Assembly (NCBI GenBank): GCA_037355265.1
Contig: JBBCIB010000001.1
Location: 151,839 to 215,838, forward strand
DNA length: 64,000 bases
Source of the DNA: Rhizomicrobium sp.
GTDB lineage: Bacteria > Pseudomonadota > Alphaproteobacteria > Micropepsales > Micropepsaceae
Direction of reading: 5' to 3'
This document shows positions 8,352 to 17,202 of this stretch, piece by piece (the stretch's first letter is position 1; the number at the start of each line of letters is the position of its first letter). Position numbers and translations under genes: made by a program. The notes below the pieces were generated by a model that had not been told where the DNA came from, did not search any database, and saw only the letters and a program-made list of their open reading frames with translations.

Positions 8352-8963
8352 ATGAAATTCTACAATTCGATCGGGCCCAATCCGCGCGTGGTGCGCATGT
8401 TCATGGCGGAGAAAGACATCACGATCCCGACCCAGGAGGTGAACCTGATGGCGGGCGAGAACCGCCAGGACGAGCACCTCAAGCGCAATCCGCACGGGCA
8501 GATGCCGTGCCTGGAGCTTGATAATGGGGAATACCTCTCCGAGATCATCCCGATCTGCGAATATCTCGAGGACAAGAATCCGTCGCCGGCGCTGATCGGG
8601 ACCAACCCGGAGGAGAAGGCGCAGACCCGCATGTGGTCGCGGCGCATCGACCTCAACATCGCCGAGCCGCTGATGAACGGCTTCCGCTTCAGCGCCGGCC
8701 TGCCGCTGTTCCAAAGCCGGATCGTCACCGTGCCGGAAGCCGCCGAAGGCCTGAAGAAGATCGCGCAGGACCGCCTGCGCTGGCTGAACGGCCAGATGGA
8801 GGGCAAACAATTCGTGGTCGGCGACCGCTTCACCCTGGCGGATGTGCTGCTCTTTTGCATGGTCGAGTTCGGCAACCAGGTCGGCCAGAAGCTCAACCCG
8901 GAGTTCACGCATATCGCTGCGTGGTACGACCGGGTGAAAACACGGCCTTCCGTCAACGCCTGA
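8352..8963 (+). CDS. Glutathione S-transferase family protein
   Basis: GPNPRVVRMFMAEK, NPHGQMPCLELD, GDRFTLADV motifs. Confidence 0.92.
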   Translation: MKFYNSIGPNPRVVRMFMAEKDITIPTQEVNLMAGENRQDEHLKRNPHGQMPCLELDNGEYLSEIIPICEYLEDKNPSPALIGTNPEEKAQTRMWSRRIDLNIAEPLMNGFRFSAGLPLFQSRIVTVPEAAEGLKKIAQDRLRWLNGQMEGKQFVVGDRFTLADVLLFCMVEFGNQVGQKLNPEFTHIAAWYDRVKTRPSVNA

Positions 8964-9073
8964 GACGCAGATTCTGCAACCGCTGCGTGGCTGCCCAAAT
9001 CGGGGCCGCGCAGCGTTAAGCAAGACCGGCAAATCCATGCGCAAACGGCGGGTCACCGTGCTTAGCCTCGGCG

Positions 9074-9694
9074 ATGGTGTCCTATTTCGTGCAAAACGTT
9101 CGTCGCGGGGCGCGTCTAGCCTGGGCGGCCTGCGTGCTCGCGCTGCTGGGGCCGCCGCTGCTGGTGTGGGTGGTGCGGGGATTTGCCCTTGCGGCTCACT
9201 GCACCCCCGGGCCGGCGCCCTGCCGCGGCTTCGCGCTTGGAGAGGCTTTGCGCGGCGCGCTGACCCTGGCCTGGTCGGTCGGCGCCGATCCGGTGACCCT
9301 GATCGTGCTGGGCCTGGCCGCAGCGATCGCCGGCACGATCCTGCGCCGCCCGCTCGCCGGCGCGGCGTGCCTGCTGCTGCTGCCGCTGGCGGCGCCGATC
9401 CTGCCGATGGCGGCCGTGTATGCCAGCACTTATCCCGGCTGCACGCCGAGCGAGGCCGGGGTCGGCGACTGTATGCTGTGGGGTGCGCCGATGGGCCTCA
9501 GCTTCCACGAAGCGGCCAGCGTGCCGTGGCTGGTCTACGGCTTCGCGCCCTATTCCTTCGCGCTGGCGCTGATGCTGGGCATCGTCGGCTGGTTCGTCGC
9601 CCGGCCGCGGCCGGCGGTGCGCGCCTTGGCGCAGGCGCACGATCCGTTCCGCGTGCCGGACTATCGCTTCGACAGCAGGCGCGATCCGTTTTAG
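9074..9694 (+). CDS. Hypothetical multi-pass membrane protein with two Cys-pair loops
   Basis: Several TM segments; CTPGPAPC and CTPSEAGVGDC loops. Confidence 0.65.
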   Translation: MVSYFVQNVRRGARLAWAACVLALLGPPLLVWVVRGFALAAHCTPGPAPCRGFALGEALRGALTLAWSVGADPVTLIVLGLAAAIAGTILRRPLAGAACLLLLPLAAPILPMAAVYASTYPGCTPSEAGVGDCMLWGAPMGLSFHEAASVPWLVYGFAPYSFALALMLGIVGWFVARPRPAVRALAQAHDPFRVPDYRFDSRRDPF

Positions 9695-10110
9695 CCGGCG
9701 AGGCCGTCGAGCGCGCGGAGCAGGCCGCGCAGCACGCGGTAGAGATACCAGATCGTGAAGACGAGCGCGGCCAGCGCCAGGACCGGCACCAGCACGGCGA
9801 GGCCGCCGATCAGCGCGGGCGACGGATCGCCGTCGGTCCGGAACAGCTCGAACAGCAGGCCGCCGGCGCCCTGCAGCAGCGCGGCGAGCAGCAGCACCGC
9901 CAGCAGCGCGCCGATCCAGAACACGCGCACCAGGTTGCGGCCATGGCTTTCCCACACCGTGCCACGCATCTCGTCGCGGCGCACATAGACCAGGATGACG
10001 CCGGCAATGGCGGTCAGGCCGTTGAACGGCGCCAGCAGGAACAGGCCATAGGCGACGATCGTCGTCGCCTTCAGGCCGGCATCGCGCGCCGTCGCCGCGG
10101 CGTCAGACAT
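9691..10110 (-). CDS. DUF4870-like membrane protein
   Basis: AYGL...IAGVILVYVRR...GTVWESH...FW...WYLYRVLRGL. Confidence 0.8.
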   Translation of the reverse strand: MSDAAATARDAGLKATTIVAYGLFLLAPFNGLTAIAGVILVYVRRDEMRGTVWESHGRNLVRVFWIGALLAVLLLAALLQGAGGLLFELFRTDGDPSPALIGGLAVLVPVLALAALVFTIWYLYRVLRGLLRALDGLAG

Positions 10111-10480
10111 AGGGCTTGGAATCGATCGCCGCGATCAGACCCTTGATCGTACGGTAGAGCAGATAGATCGCCCCCGCCAGCATCACCAGCACGCCGACGA
10201 AGATCAGGGTCAGCGGAATGCCGACCACGAACAGCACCAGCGACACCCAGAAGGCATGGATCGCGTTCTGCAGATGGCCTTCCCAGATCGTGCCCTTCGC
10301 CTCGCCGCGCTTGATGTAGGCGAGGATCACGCCGGCGACGGACGACAGGCCGCCGCAGACCAGGCCGCCGAGCAGCAGGCCGTAGACGATGATCACCATC
10401 GTGCGCATCTCGTCCGCCGGTGCGGCGGCGTAAGCGGGCGGAGATGGCGGAACCGGTGGCGGCGTCGTGATGTCGGACAT
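10103..10480 (-). CDS. DUF4870-like membrane protein (tandem paralog)
   Basis: VYGL...VAGVILAYIKR...GTIWEGH...FW...YRTIKGL. Confidence 0.8.
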   Translation of the reverse strand: MSDITTPPPVPPSPPAYAAAPADEMRTMVIIVYGLLLGGLVCGGLSSVAGVILAYIKRGEAKGTIWEGHLQNAIHAFWVSLVLFVVGIPLTLIFVGVLVMLAGAIYLLYRTIKGLIAAIDSKPYV

Positions 10481-10648
10481 GGGAACCTCCCGCTGCGAAC
10501 TCCGTTATGATGTGGGCAGCTCTACCGTCGCCGTCAAGCATACGCCGCATTCTATTGCAGTGCATTCTGTTGCAGTGCGGCGTCGTCCTTCGCGGTTCTT
10601 TCCGTCACACGGATGGTCTAGGCTGCGATGGTCACGGGAGGATGCAGC

Positions 10649-11317
10649 ATGACGGTTTTCACCAAGTTTGCAGCGGCGGCGGCGATTGCCCTCGCGATGA
10701 TCGCGGCACCGGCGGCGCAGGCCTCCGACCAAACGGAGCTTCTGGCGCAGTCGAGCCATGTGGTCGACCATCTGCGCAGCGATCCGTCCTTCGCCCAGGC
10801 GGCGCGCATGATCCATTCGGCGCGCGGCGTGCTGATCGTCCCGCGCCTGGTCAAGGGCGGCTTCATCTTCGGCGCCGAAGGCGGCGATGGCGTGCTGCTG
10901 CGGCGGAGCGGGCGGACGTGGTCCTCGCCCGCTTTCTATTCGCTGGCGTCGGCGTCGTTCGGCCTTCAGATCGGGCTGCAGCAGGCCGAACTGGTTTTCA
11001 TCATCATGACCGACCGCGCGCTGCGCGGCATCCAGCAGGGCGAGTCCAAGCTCGGCGCCGGCGCCGGCCTGACGGTGGTCACGCTCAGCGCCGCGGCGGA
11101 AGGCGCGACGACGGTGCGCGGCGGCGACATCGTGGTGTGGAGTTCGGGCACCGGCGCCTATGGCGGGCTGACCTTCAACGGCTCGGTGGTGAAGGCGCGC
11201 GACGATTGGAACCGCGAATTCTACGGCGACCGTGCGAATGTCAGCGGCATCCTGACCAACCGCTTCACCAATCCCGCGACGCGCGGCCTGCAGCGCAACC
11301 TGGCGACGGTGTGGTGA
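10649..11317 (+). CDS. Lipid-binding SYLF/Ysc84-domain protein
   Basis: Signal peptide; ARGVLIVP.LVKGGFIFGAEGG.GVL, WSSPAF, SFGLQIG motifs. Confidence 0.9.
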   Translation: MTVFTKFAAAAAIALAMIAAPAAQASDQTELLAQSSHVVDHLRSDPSFAQAARMIHSARGVLIVPRLVKGGFIFGAEGGDGVLLRRSGRTWSSPAFYSLASASFGLQIGLQQAELVFIIMTDRALRGIQQGESKLGAGAGLTVVTLSAAAEGATTVRGGDIVVWSSGTGAYGGLTFNGSVVKARDDWNREFYGDRANVSGILTNRFTNPATRGLQRNLATVW

Positions 11318-11712
11318 TGAAAGCGCGCGACCTCCTGAAAGGCGCGGCGGCTGCCGCCCTGCTCCTGGCGCCGGTGCCGGTGCTGGCGGCGGACGCCGCC
11401 GGCGAGATCGTGACGGCGGCGACGCATGCCGACCTCGCGGCCAAGGCCTCCGACCTCGCGGGCACGCAGATGCATCTGCATCACGCGCTGAACTGCCTGG
11501 CCGGTCCCGGCGGCGCCGGCTTCGATCCCAAGAGCATGAATCCCTGCGCCAATGCCGGCAACGGCGCGATCCCCGACACGACGGACGCGGCGAAGAAGAC
11601 GGCGCTGCAAATGGCTGCCGCCACGCTGAGCAGCGGCCTCGCCGCCCCCGACCAGGCCACGGCGCAGAAGGACGCGGCCGATGCCGCGACGGCTCTGAAG
11701 GCGATCAAATAG
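11317..11712 (+). CDS. Exported helical hypothetical protein
   Basis: Signal peptide; HADLA..MHLHHALNCL..NPC..GNGAI; TGATG coupling. Confidence 0.7.
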   Translation: MKARDLLKGAAAAALLLAPVPVLAADAAGEIVTAATHADLAAKASDLAGTQMHLHHALNCLAGPGGAGFDPKSMNPCANAGNGAIPDTTDAAKKTALQMAAATLSSGLAAPDQATAQKDAADAATALKAIK

Positions 11713-11738
11713 GTGCCGCGCCGGTAGATTCGGATTAG

Positions 11739-12275
11739 TCAGGCGTTCAGCGCCCCGGTGCTCAGGAGCTGGGCGAACAGGCGGCGGAGGTTCTGCGCCT
11801 GCGGCTCCAGCACGGAGACGTAGTCGGCATGGCGGTTCAGGTCGGGCCGCGCCCGCAATCCGCCGGGCAGTTCCACCACCCAGCCCTTGTCGATCAGCTT
11901 CTGCACCTTGCGCCGGACGGTCTCGCGCGGCAGGCCGGTGGCGCGCGCCAGCGCCATGCGGCTGATCAGCAGCGCATGCTCCGGCGGGATCGTGCTGCTG
12001 TAGCTGCCGTACTGCTCGCGCAACCTGGGATCGGCCATCACCTTCTCCGAATTGCGGTTGGAGATGGTCATGAACAGGATCGCCGCCTCGTAGTCGTGCT
12101 CGAAGATTCCGCTGACGCTTTCGGCGGAGCGCAGGATGAACTCGGCGACGAAATGCGCGATGGCCCGCGAGAAGGGATGGTCGCGCACCGGCGACGGCGC
12201 CGGATCGGGCAGGACCGGCTTGAGGACATCTTCCGGCGCGGCGAATTGCCTGCGCCGGTTCTTCATTTTCTCCAT
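11739..12275 (-). CDS. Winged-helix (HTH) protein
   Basis: SRMALARATGLPRETVRRKVQKLIDKGWV. Confidence 0.75.
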   Translation of the reverse strand: MEKMKNRRRQFAAPEDVLKPVLPDPAPSPVRDHPFSRAIAHFVAEFILRSAESVSGIFEHDYEAAILFMTISNRNSEKVMADPRLREQYGSYSSTIPPEHALLISRMALARATGLPRETVRRKVQKLIDKGWVVELPGGLRARPDLNRHADYVSVLEPQAQNLRRLFAQLLSTGALNA

Positions 12276-12333
12276 GCCACCCCCCAACGCCGCGCTGCCC
12301 CCGCCGAGAATAGCAGCGGTGCGGGCCTGCCGC

Positions 12334-12747
12334 CTAATCGAGCGGCACGCCGTGCGCCCTGAGCGCGGCGAATAGCTGACGCAGCAGATCGAGATTGAGG
12401 GCATCGAGCTCGGCATTCGAGCCGATGCCTTCCTTGTTGGCCGGTAGGAAAACCAGTCCGTCCTCCCGGTCGCTCAGTATGTTCCTGCCGATCAGCGCGG
12501 CGACCCTGCGGCGCACGGTTTCCAGCGGCACATGCAGCTTGCGGCTGACGCCGTTGCGGCTGACGCCTGCGGGCGCCGCGCCGCGCCGCCCCTCCAGCGC
12601 CGGGCGGTTGTTGGCATCGGCGATGGCGGTGACGATCAGAAGATCGAGGTAATCCAGCGGCGAGTCGCGCATCGCCGCGCTGGCCAGCGCCATGAGATAG
12701 GCCACGGACAGCCGCCCGACCAGGCGAAAATCGATATCTTTCGTCAA
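12334..12747 (-). CDS. Winged-helix (HTH) protein, paralog of the neighbouring gene
   Basis: SRNGVSRKLHVPLETVRRRVAALIGRNIL; TTG start. Confidence 0.7.
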   Translation of the reverse strand: MTKDIDFRLVGRLSVAYLMALASAAMRDSPLDYLDLLIVTAIADANNRPALEGRRGAAPAGVSRNGVSRKLHVPLETVRRRVAALIGRNILSDREDGLVFLPANKEGIGSNAELDALNLDLLRQLFAALRAHGVPLD

Positions 12748-13043
12748 GGCGGGCCCCTCCAGTGCCAGCGCCGCCGAAAGCGATGACCTTCATGTTCCAG
12801 TCGAGGAACAATACGCGACAGTAAAGGCACAGTTTGAAATATGGTATGGCAATGGCCACGGTCCGTATTCAATGTTCCCGTTACTCAAAGCGGGTAAAAA
12901 CCGAAGAGTTCCGCATGTTCATGGGCCGATGAGCGGCGTCCGCCGTTGCCGTTGCGAAACTCCAAAAGGGGACGGACGTGAACGCGATGTTCACACAGCG
13001 GCGCGAAACTCCGCTTCCCTGTGTGACGTGAGCGGAAGCCGTC

Positions 13044-14183
13044 GTGGCCCTCGACCGGAGTGTGCGCCTTCTGAGCGCGCTGAGTGGCGCGTCCACCAGC
13101 CGGGTCCTCAACCTCGCGGCCATCGCGGCGGCGAACGCCAACAATCCGGCGCACCGCGCCCGCCCGATGTTCACCTCTTCCATCGTCAACGCCTCGATCC
13201 TGCTCAAGCATCGCGTGCGCTCGGACGAGACCTATCTGTTCGGCGACGACCGCCAGGTGGCGACCAAGATCATCGTGCCGTTCGACGCCCGCGACATGCG
13301 GGCGGGTGGGCGCTCGCTCTTCGTCGACCAGCGCGGCTTCCAGGACTGCCTGCGTGAGATCGGCCATTACGGCGGCGCGGACGTCGCGCGCGACATAGCG
13401 GTGCTGCGCGTCCTGAACAGCCTGCCCTCGCTCGATCCGTTCCTGCTGCGCGAGCATCTGCGCTCCCACCGGATCGAATGCGCCGACTGCTATTTCGAGA
13501 TTTCGCGCGCCGACCAGCAGCGCATGTACGACTTCGTCACCGGCGAGATCGGCCGGCTGATCCAGCTCGCGACCGGCCATGCGCAGGGCGAGGACGGCTC
13601 GACCGGCCGGCTGGTCTCGGCGATGCTGTCCAGCGAGATCAACGAGCGGCTGGAGCCGCTGCGGCTCACGCTCGGCATGAGCGCGGGCGAATTCCGCGAG
13701 GGCGTGTTCAGCTGGCGCGGCTTTCTCTATTACAAATGGTGCATGGAGCGGCTGTGGCCGGAGATCGTCGCAGTGCTGCGGGAGGCGCGCACCGTGCGGC
13801 CGGTCGGCGCGATCGACGGCGAGACCCGCACCTTCCTCGCCGATTCCCAACGCGCCATCGTCGAGGAGGTGCGCGATGGCGGCCGCGCGGTGCGCCGGAT
13901 CCTGGGCGTCTACGACGCGGCCTATGACGACCTCGTGCGCAACGACGCGCCGCGGACGTTTCGCGACTTCCTGATGAGCGCGCCGCGCCTGTTCCTGGAA
14001 CTGGGCGAGAAGACGGGCGCGATCTCGCACATCGTCAGCTTCTGGCGCTACCGCTTTCCCGCCAGGTCGCGGCTGGCGGTGGACAGCGCCGAGCTGGTCA
14101 ACATCTTCCAGGATTTCCGCGCGAGCTTCTCGGCCGTGCCGCAAGCGCGCAAGGCTCAGGCCGGCGGCGCCTGGGCGTCCTGA
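13044..14183 (+). CDS. Conserved-looking hypothetical protein (379 aa)
   Basis: Strong coding bias; blocks LNLAAIA, LKHRVR, ATKIIVPFD, LPSLDPFLLREHL, FSWRGFLYYKW. Confidence 0.75.
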   Translation: MALDRSVRLLSALSGASTSRVLNLAAIAAANANNPAHRARPMFTSSIVNASILLKHRVRSDETYLFGDDRQVATKIIVPFDARDMRAGGRSLFVDQRGFQDCLREIGHYGGADVARDIAVLRVLNSLPSLDPFLLREHLRSHRIECADCYFEISRADQQRMYDFVTGEIGRLIQLATGHAQGEDGSTGRLVSAMLSSEINERLEPLRLTLGMSAGEFREGVFSWRGFLYYKWCMERLWPEIVAVLREARTVRPVGAIDGETRTFLADSQRAIVEEVRDGGRAVRRILGVYDAAYDDLVRNDAPRTFRDFLMSAPRLFLELGEKTGAISHIVSFWRYRFPARSRLAVDSAELVNIFQDFRASFSAVPQARKAQAGGAWAS

Positions 14184-14893
14184 GGACGCGTCTGGGCGCC
14201 GCGGTCGATCGCCTCCTGCATCTGCTTGCGCCATTGCGCGGTCAGCCGCGCCCGCGGCACCGGATAGCGCAGCCCAAGGAAATCGGCGCCGCGCACGCGA
14301 TCGGTGCGGAAACTGCGGAAGCCGTTGCGCAGCTCGCACCAGGCGACCACCACCCGCACCGTGTCCCAGTAGGACACCGCAATCGGCCAGATCGTGCGTT
14401 CGGTCTGGCGGCCCTGCTCGTCGCCATAGAGCAGCGCGATCTTGGTCTGGGCGTGGATCGCGGCGCGCACCCGCGCCATGTCGACCGAATCCGACACGAT
14501 GCGCGTCCAGTTCGGCGACACCAGCGTCGAATCCAGCGCCAGCGGCCGCAGATGCGGCGGCACCACGGCGCCGATCTTGGCGACCAGGTCGCGCGCGGCG
14601 CGGGCCAGCGCCGCATCGCCGCGGCCCATCACCCATTGCGCGCCCAGCATCGCCGCCTCGATCTCGTCGGCGGTCAGCATCAGCGGCGGCATGTCGAAGC
14701 CGTCTTCGAGGACATAGCCGATGCCCGCCTCGCCGCGGATCGGCACGCGCTCGGCCAGGAGCTGGGCGATGTCGCGATAGACGGTGCGCAGCGAGATCTC
14801 CAGCTCGCCGGCGATGTCGCCCGCGCGGATCGGGTGCCGCTTGGAGCGACGCAGGATCTGGATGATCTGGAACAGGCGTTCGGCGCGTCGCAT
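14156..14893 (-). CDS. YafY-family HTH-WYL transcriptional regulator
   Basis: MRRAERLFQIIQIL, RTVYRDI, GEAGIGY, AWCELRNGFRSFRTDR. Confidence 0.93.
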   Translation of the reverse strand: MRRAERLFQIIQILRRSKRHPIRAGDIAGELEISLRTVYRDIAQLLAERVPIRGEAGIGYVLEDGFDMPPLMLTADEIEAAMLGAQWVMGRGDAALARAARDLVAKIGAVVPPHLRPLALDSTLVSPNWTRIVSDSVDMARVRAAIHAQTKIALLYGDEQGRQTERTIWPIAVSYWDTVRVVVAWCELRNGFRSFRTDRVRGADFLGLRYPVPRARLTAQWRKQMQEAIDRGAQTRPQDAQAPPA

Positions 14894-14900
14894 GGTTTCC

Positions 14901-15320
14901 TCAGGCCGCCAGCTTCTCCACCGGCACCAGCCGCGCGCTCGACGCGGCGGTGGCGACCAGCGTGCCGGCCGCGTCGGTCAGCCGGCCTTCGAGGAAGGCG
15001 ATGGTCTTGCCGAGCCGGACGACCTGGCCCTCGCCGAAGAAGCGGCCGGCGCGCGCCGGGGCGATGAAGTTCACCGTCAGGCTGAGCGTGACCGTGTAGG
15101 AGCGCCCCTCCGTCATCAGCAGCACGGCCGGGCCCATCGTGTCGTCCAGCATGGCCGAGACGAAACCACCCTGCACGAAGCCCGCGGGGTTGAGGAATTC
15201 GGGTCGCGCCACGAACGACAGCTTCGCCCAGCCCTTCGCCGCATCGTGTTCGAGCAGGGTCCAGCCCAGATGGCGGGCGCAAGGCGGCATCGGGAAACGG
15301 TCGAACACGGTCGCGGACAT
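14901..15320 (-). CDS. PaaI-family thioesterase
   Basis: NPAGFVQGGFVSAMLDDTMG hotdog motif. Confidence 0.88.
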   Translation of the reverse strand: MSATVFDRFPMPPCARHLGWTLLEHDAAKGWAKLSFVARPEFLNPAGFVQGGFVSAMLDDTMGPAVLLMTEGRSYTVTLSLTVNFIAPARAGRFFGEGQVVRLGKTIAFLEGRLTDAAGTLVATAASSARLVPVEKLAA

Positions 15321-15349
15321 GGCAGGCCCCTCTCTATGCGCCGCCGATA

Positions 15350-15369
15350 CTGCTGACAGTCTGCTGACA
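15350..15369. promoter_or_regulatory. Direct repeat CTGCTGACA x2, candidate WYL-regulator site
   Basis: 9-bp repeat with 11-bp period upstream of the paaI-yafY operon. Confidence 0.5.
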
Positions 15370-15419
15370 ACATGATGGCAGGAGCGTGCGGCGGAGGGAA
15401 GGTGCCGCGTGCGAGCGGA

Positions 15420-15995
15420 TCAGGGCGCGGTGGTTTCCGCCGGATGGGTGGGGTGGATCTGCTCCTCCGTCTTCTCGGTCTGCGAGGCGATCCAGTCCAT
15501 CAGCGCGAACAGCACGCCGGACGCCAGGAAGGTCAGGTGCAGGATCACCATCCAGCGCAGATGGGTCTCGTTGATCGGCTGGTCCGGGTCGGTCAGGCTC
15601 ATGAAGCCGCGCAGCAGCGAGACCGCGCTGATCGCCACGATCGAGCCGATCAGCTTCATCTTCATGCCCGAGAAGTCGAGCGTACCCATCCAGTCCGGCC
15701 GGTCCTCGCTGTTGCCGGTGTCGATCTTGGAGACGAAGTTCTCATAGCCGGAGAAGATCACGATCAGCACCAGGTTGAGGCCGAGCGACAGGTCGATCAG
15801 CGACAGCACGGTAAGCAGGACCTCCTCGGTCCGCATGCCGATGATGTGCGGCACCGCTTCGACGATCTCGCCGACGAAGGCGACCAGCAGCATGACCAGC
15901 GCAAAGACCAGCCCGAGATAGATGGGCGCCAGCACCCAGCGCGACTGGAACAGCAGCCACTCGAGGGCTTTTTCCAAGGGATTGCGGTGATGCAT
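15420..15995 (-). CDS. YqhA/UPF0114 (TIGR00645) membrane protein
   Basis: SRWVLAPIYLGL, SGYENFVSKID, LDFSGMKMKL..SIVAIS. Confidence 0.9.
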   Translation of the reverse strand: MHHRNPLEKALEWLLFQSRWVLAPIYLGLVFALVMLLVAFVGEIVEAVPHIIGMRTEEVLLTVLSLIDLSLGLNLVLIVIFSGYENFVSKIDTGNSEDRPDWMGTLDFSGMKMKLIGSIVAISAVSLLRGFMSLTDPDQPINETHLRWMVILHLTFLASGVLFALMDWIASQTEKTEEQIHPTHPAETTAP

Positions 15996-16063
15996 GACTG
16001 GGCCTGCCCGGTGTGATCGCTGCAACTAAAGCATGGCTGCGGCACATGGCAAACCGGCGATGG

Positions 16064-16483
16064 TCAGACGCGCGGCACGGCGCGGAAGGTCGCATTGGCC
16101 CGCGCGATGGGCTCGCCGTCCGCCGTCACGAAACACTGGGCGAAGCTCAGCGTCTTGCCGAGCCGGACGAAGGCGGTGGCGATCTCCAGCCATTGCCCGA
16201 TCCGCGCGCTGCCGAGGAAATCCACCGCGAGGTTGACGGTCACGAAAGACGTCGCGCCGCCGGTCTGCTCGACGCAGGACAGGCCCATCGCATTGTCGGC
16301 CAGTGCCGAGATCAGCCCGCCATGGGCGAAGCCGCGCGCATTGGTGTGCGGCGGCCGCAGCCAGGTCCCGAGCAGCACGACGCCGTCCGCCTTGCGCGAA
16401 TAGAGCGGCTCCCACGGATCGGTCAGCGGACTCTTGCGGAAATGCGGCGCGAATCCCGCCGGCGGCTCCCCGATCTTGTCCAT
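16064..16483 (-). CDS. PaaI-family thioesterase
   Basis: HTNARGFAHGGLISALADNAMG. Confidence 0.88.
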   Translation of the reverse strand: MDKIGEPPAGFAPHFRKSPLTDPWEPLYSRKADGVVLLGTWLRPPHTNARGFAHGGLISALADNAMGLSCVEQTGGATSFVTVNLAVDFLGSARIGQWLEIATAFVRLGKTLSFAQCFVTADGEPIARANATFRAVPRV

Positions 16484-16495
16484 GTCCGTCCCTTT

Positions 16496-16515
16496 CTATA
16501 TAGACCGGTCTAGAT
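16496..16515. promoter_or_regulatory. TetR operator (LmrA/QdoR-box-like)
   Basis: Palindrome TAGACCGGTCTA at 16501-16512 preceded by TATA, between divergent paaI and tetR. Confidence 0.7.
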
Positions 16516-16554
16516 GATTCCAGCGTCCGGCGCCGGAGTCCAGCGGAGGCGGCC

Positions 16555-17146
16555 CTGGCGGCACGGCGCAAACATCGCGACGCGGTGGTGGAGGCGGCGG
16601 CCACGTTGTTCCGCCGCAAGGGCTATGGCGCGTCGGGCCTCAACGACATCGTGGCGCAGAGCGGCGCGCCCAAGGGCTCGCTCTATCACTACTTTCCCGC
16701 CGGCAAGGAGGCGATCGCCGCCGCCGCGGTGGACCATGCGGCCGCCCGCGTCACCGCCACGCTGGAGCAGCTGGCCGTGCGCCACGCCCGTGCCGGCGAC
16801 CTGCTGCGCGCCTATGCGGCTTTGCTGGCCGGCTGGATGGAGACATCGGGCTTCCGCGACGGCTGCCCGATCACCACCACCGTGCTGGAGACGGTTCCCG
16901 CCTCGCGCCCCATCGCGGACGCCGCCGCCCGCGGCTTTGCGCGATGGCAGGCGGTGTTCGCGGCCGCGCTGCGCCGGGGACGGCATCGCCGCGGCGCGGG
17001 CGGAACGCCTGGCGCGGTTCGCGATTGCGGCGCTGGAAGGCAGCCTGATCCTCGCCCGGGTGGAACAATCGGCGCGCTCGATCGCCGAAGCCGCGGCGGA
17101 GGCGGCGACGCTGTTCGAAGCGGCGCGGAAAAAGCGGCGCTCCTGA
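16555..17146 (+). CDS. TetR/AcrR regulator (LmrA/YxaF-like); apparent +1 frameshift at about 16975-16979
   Basis: [33 protein letters not shown]; C-terminus [12 protein letters not shown] in another frame; probable CTG start after GGAGG. Confidence 0.8.
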
Positions 17147-17202
17147 CAGGAATTGGCAGCGGACCGGCTGCAAAGCCGACCCTCGCGTCCTATATTGTCG
17201 CC

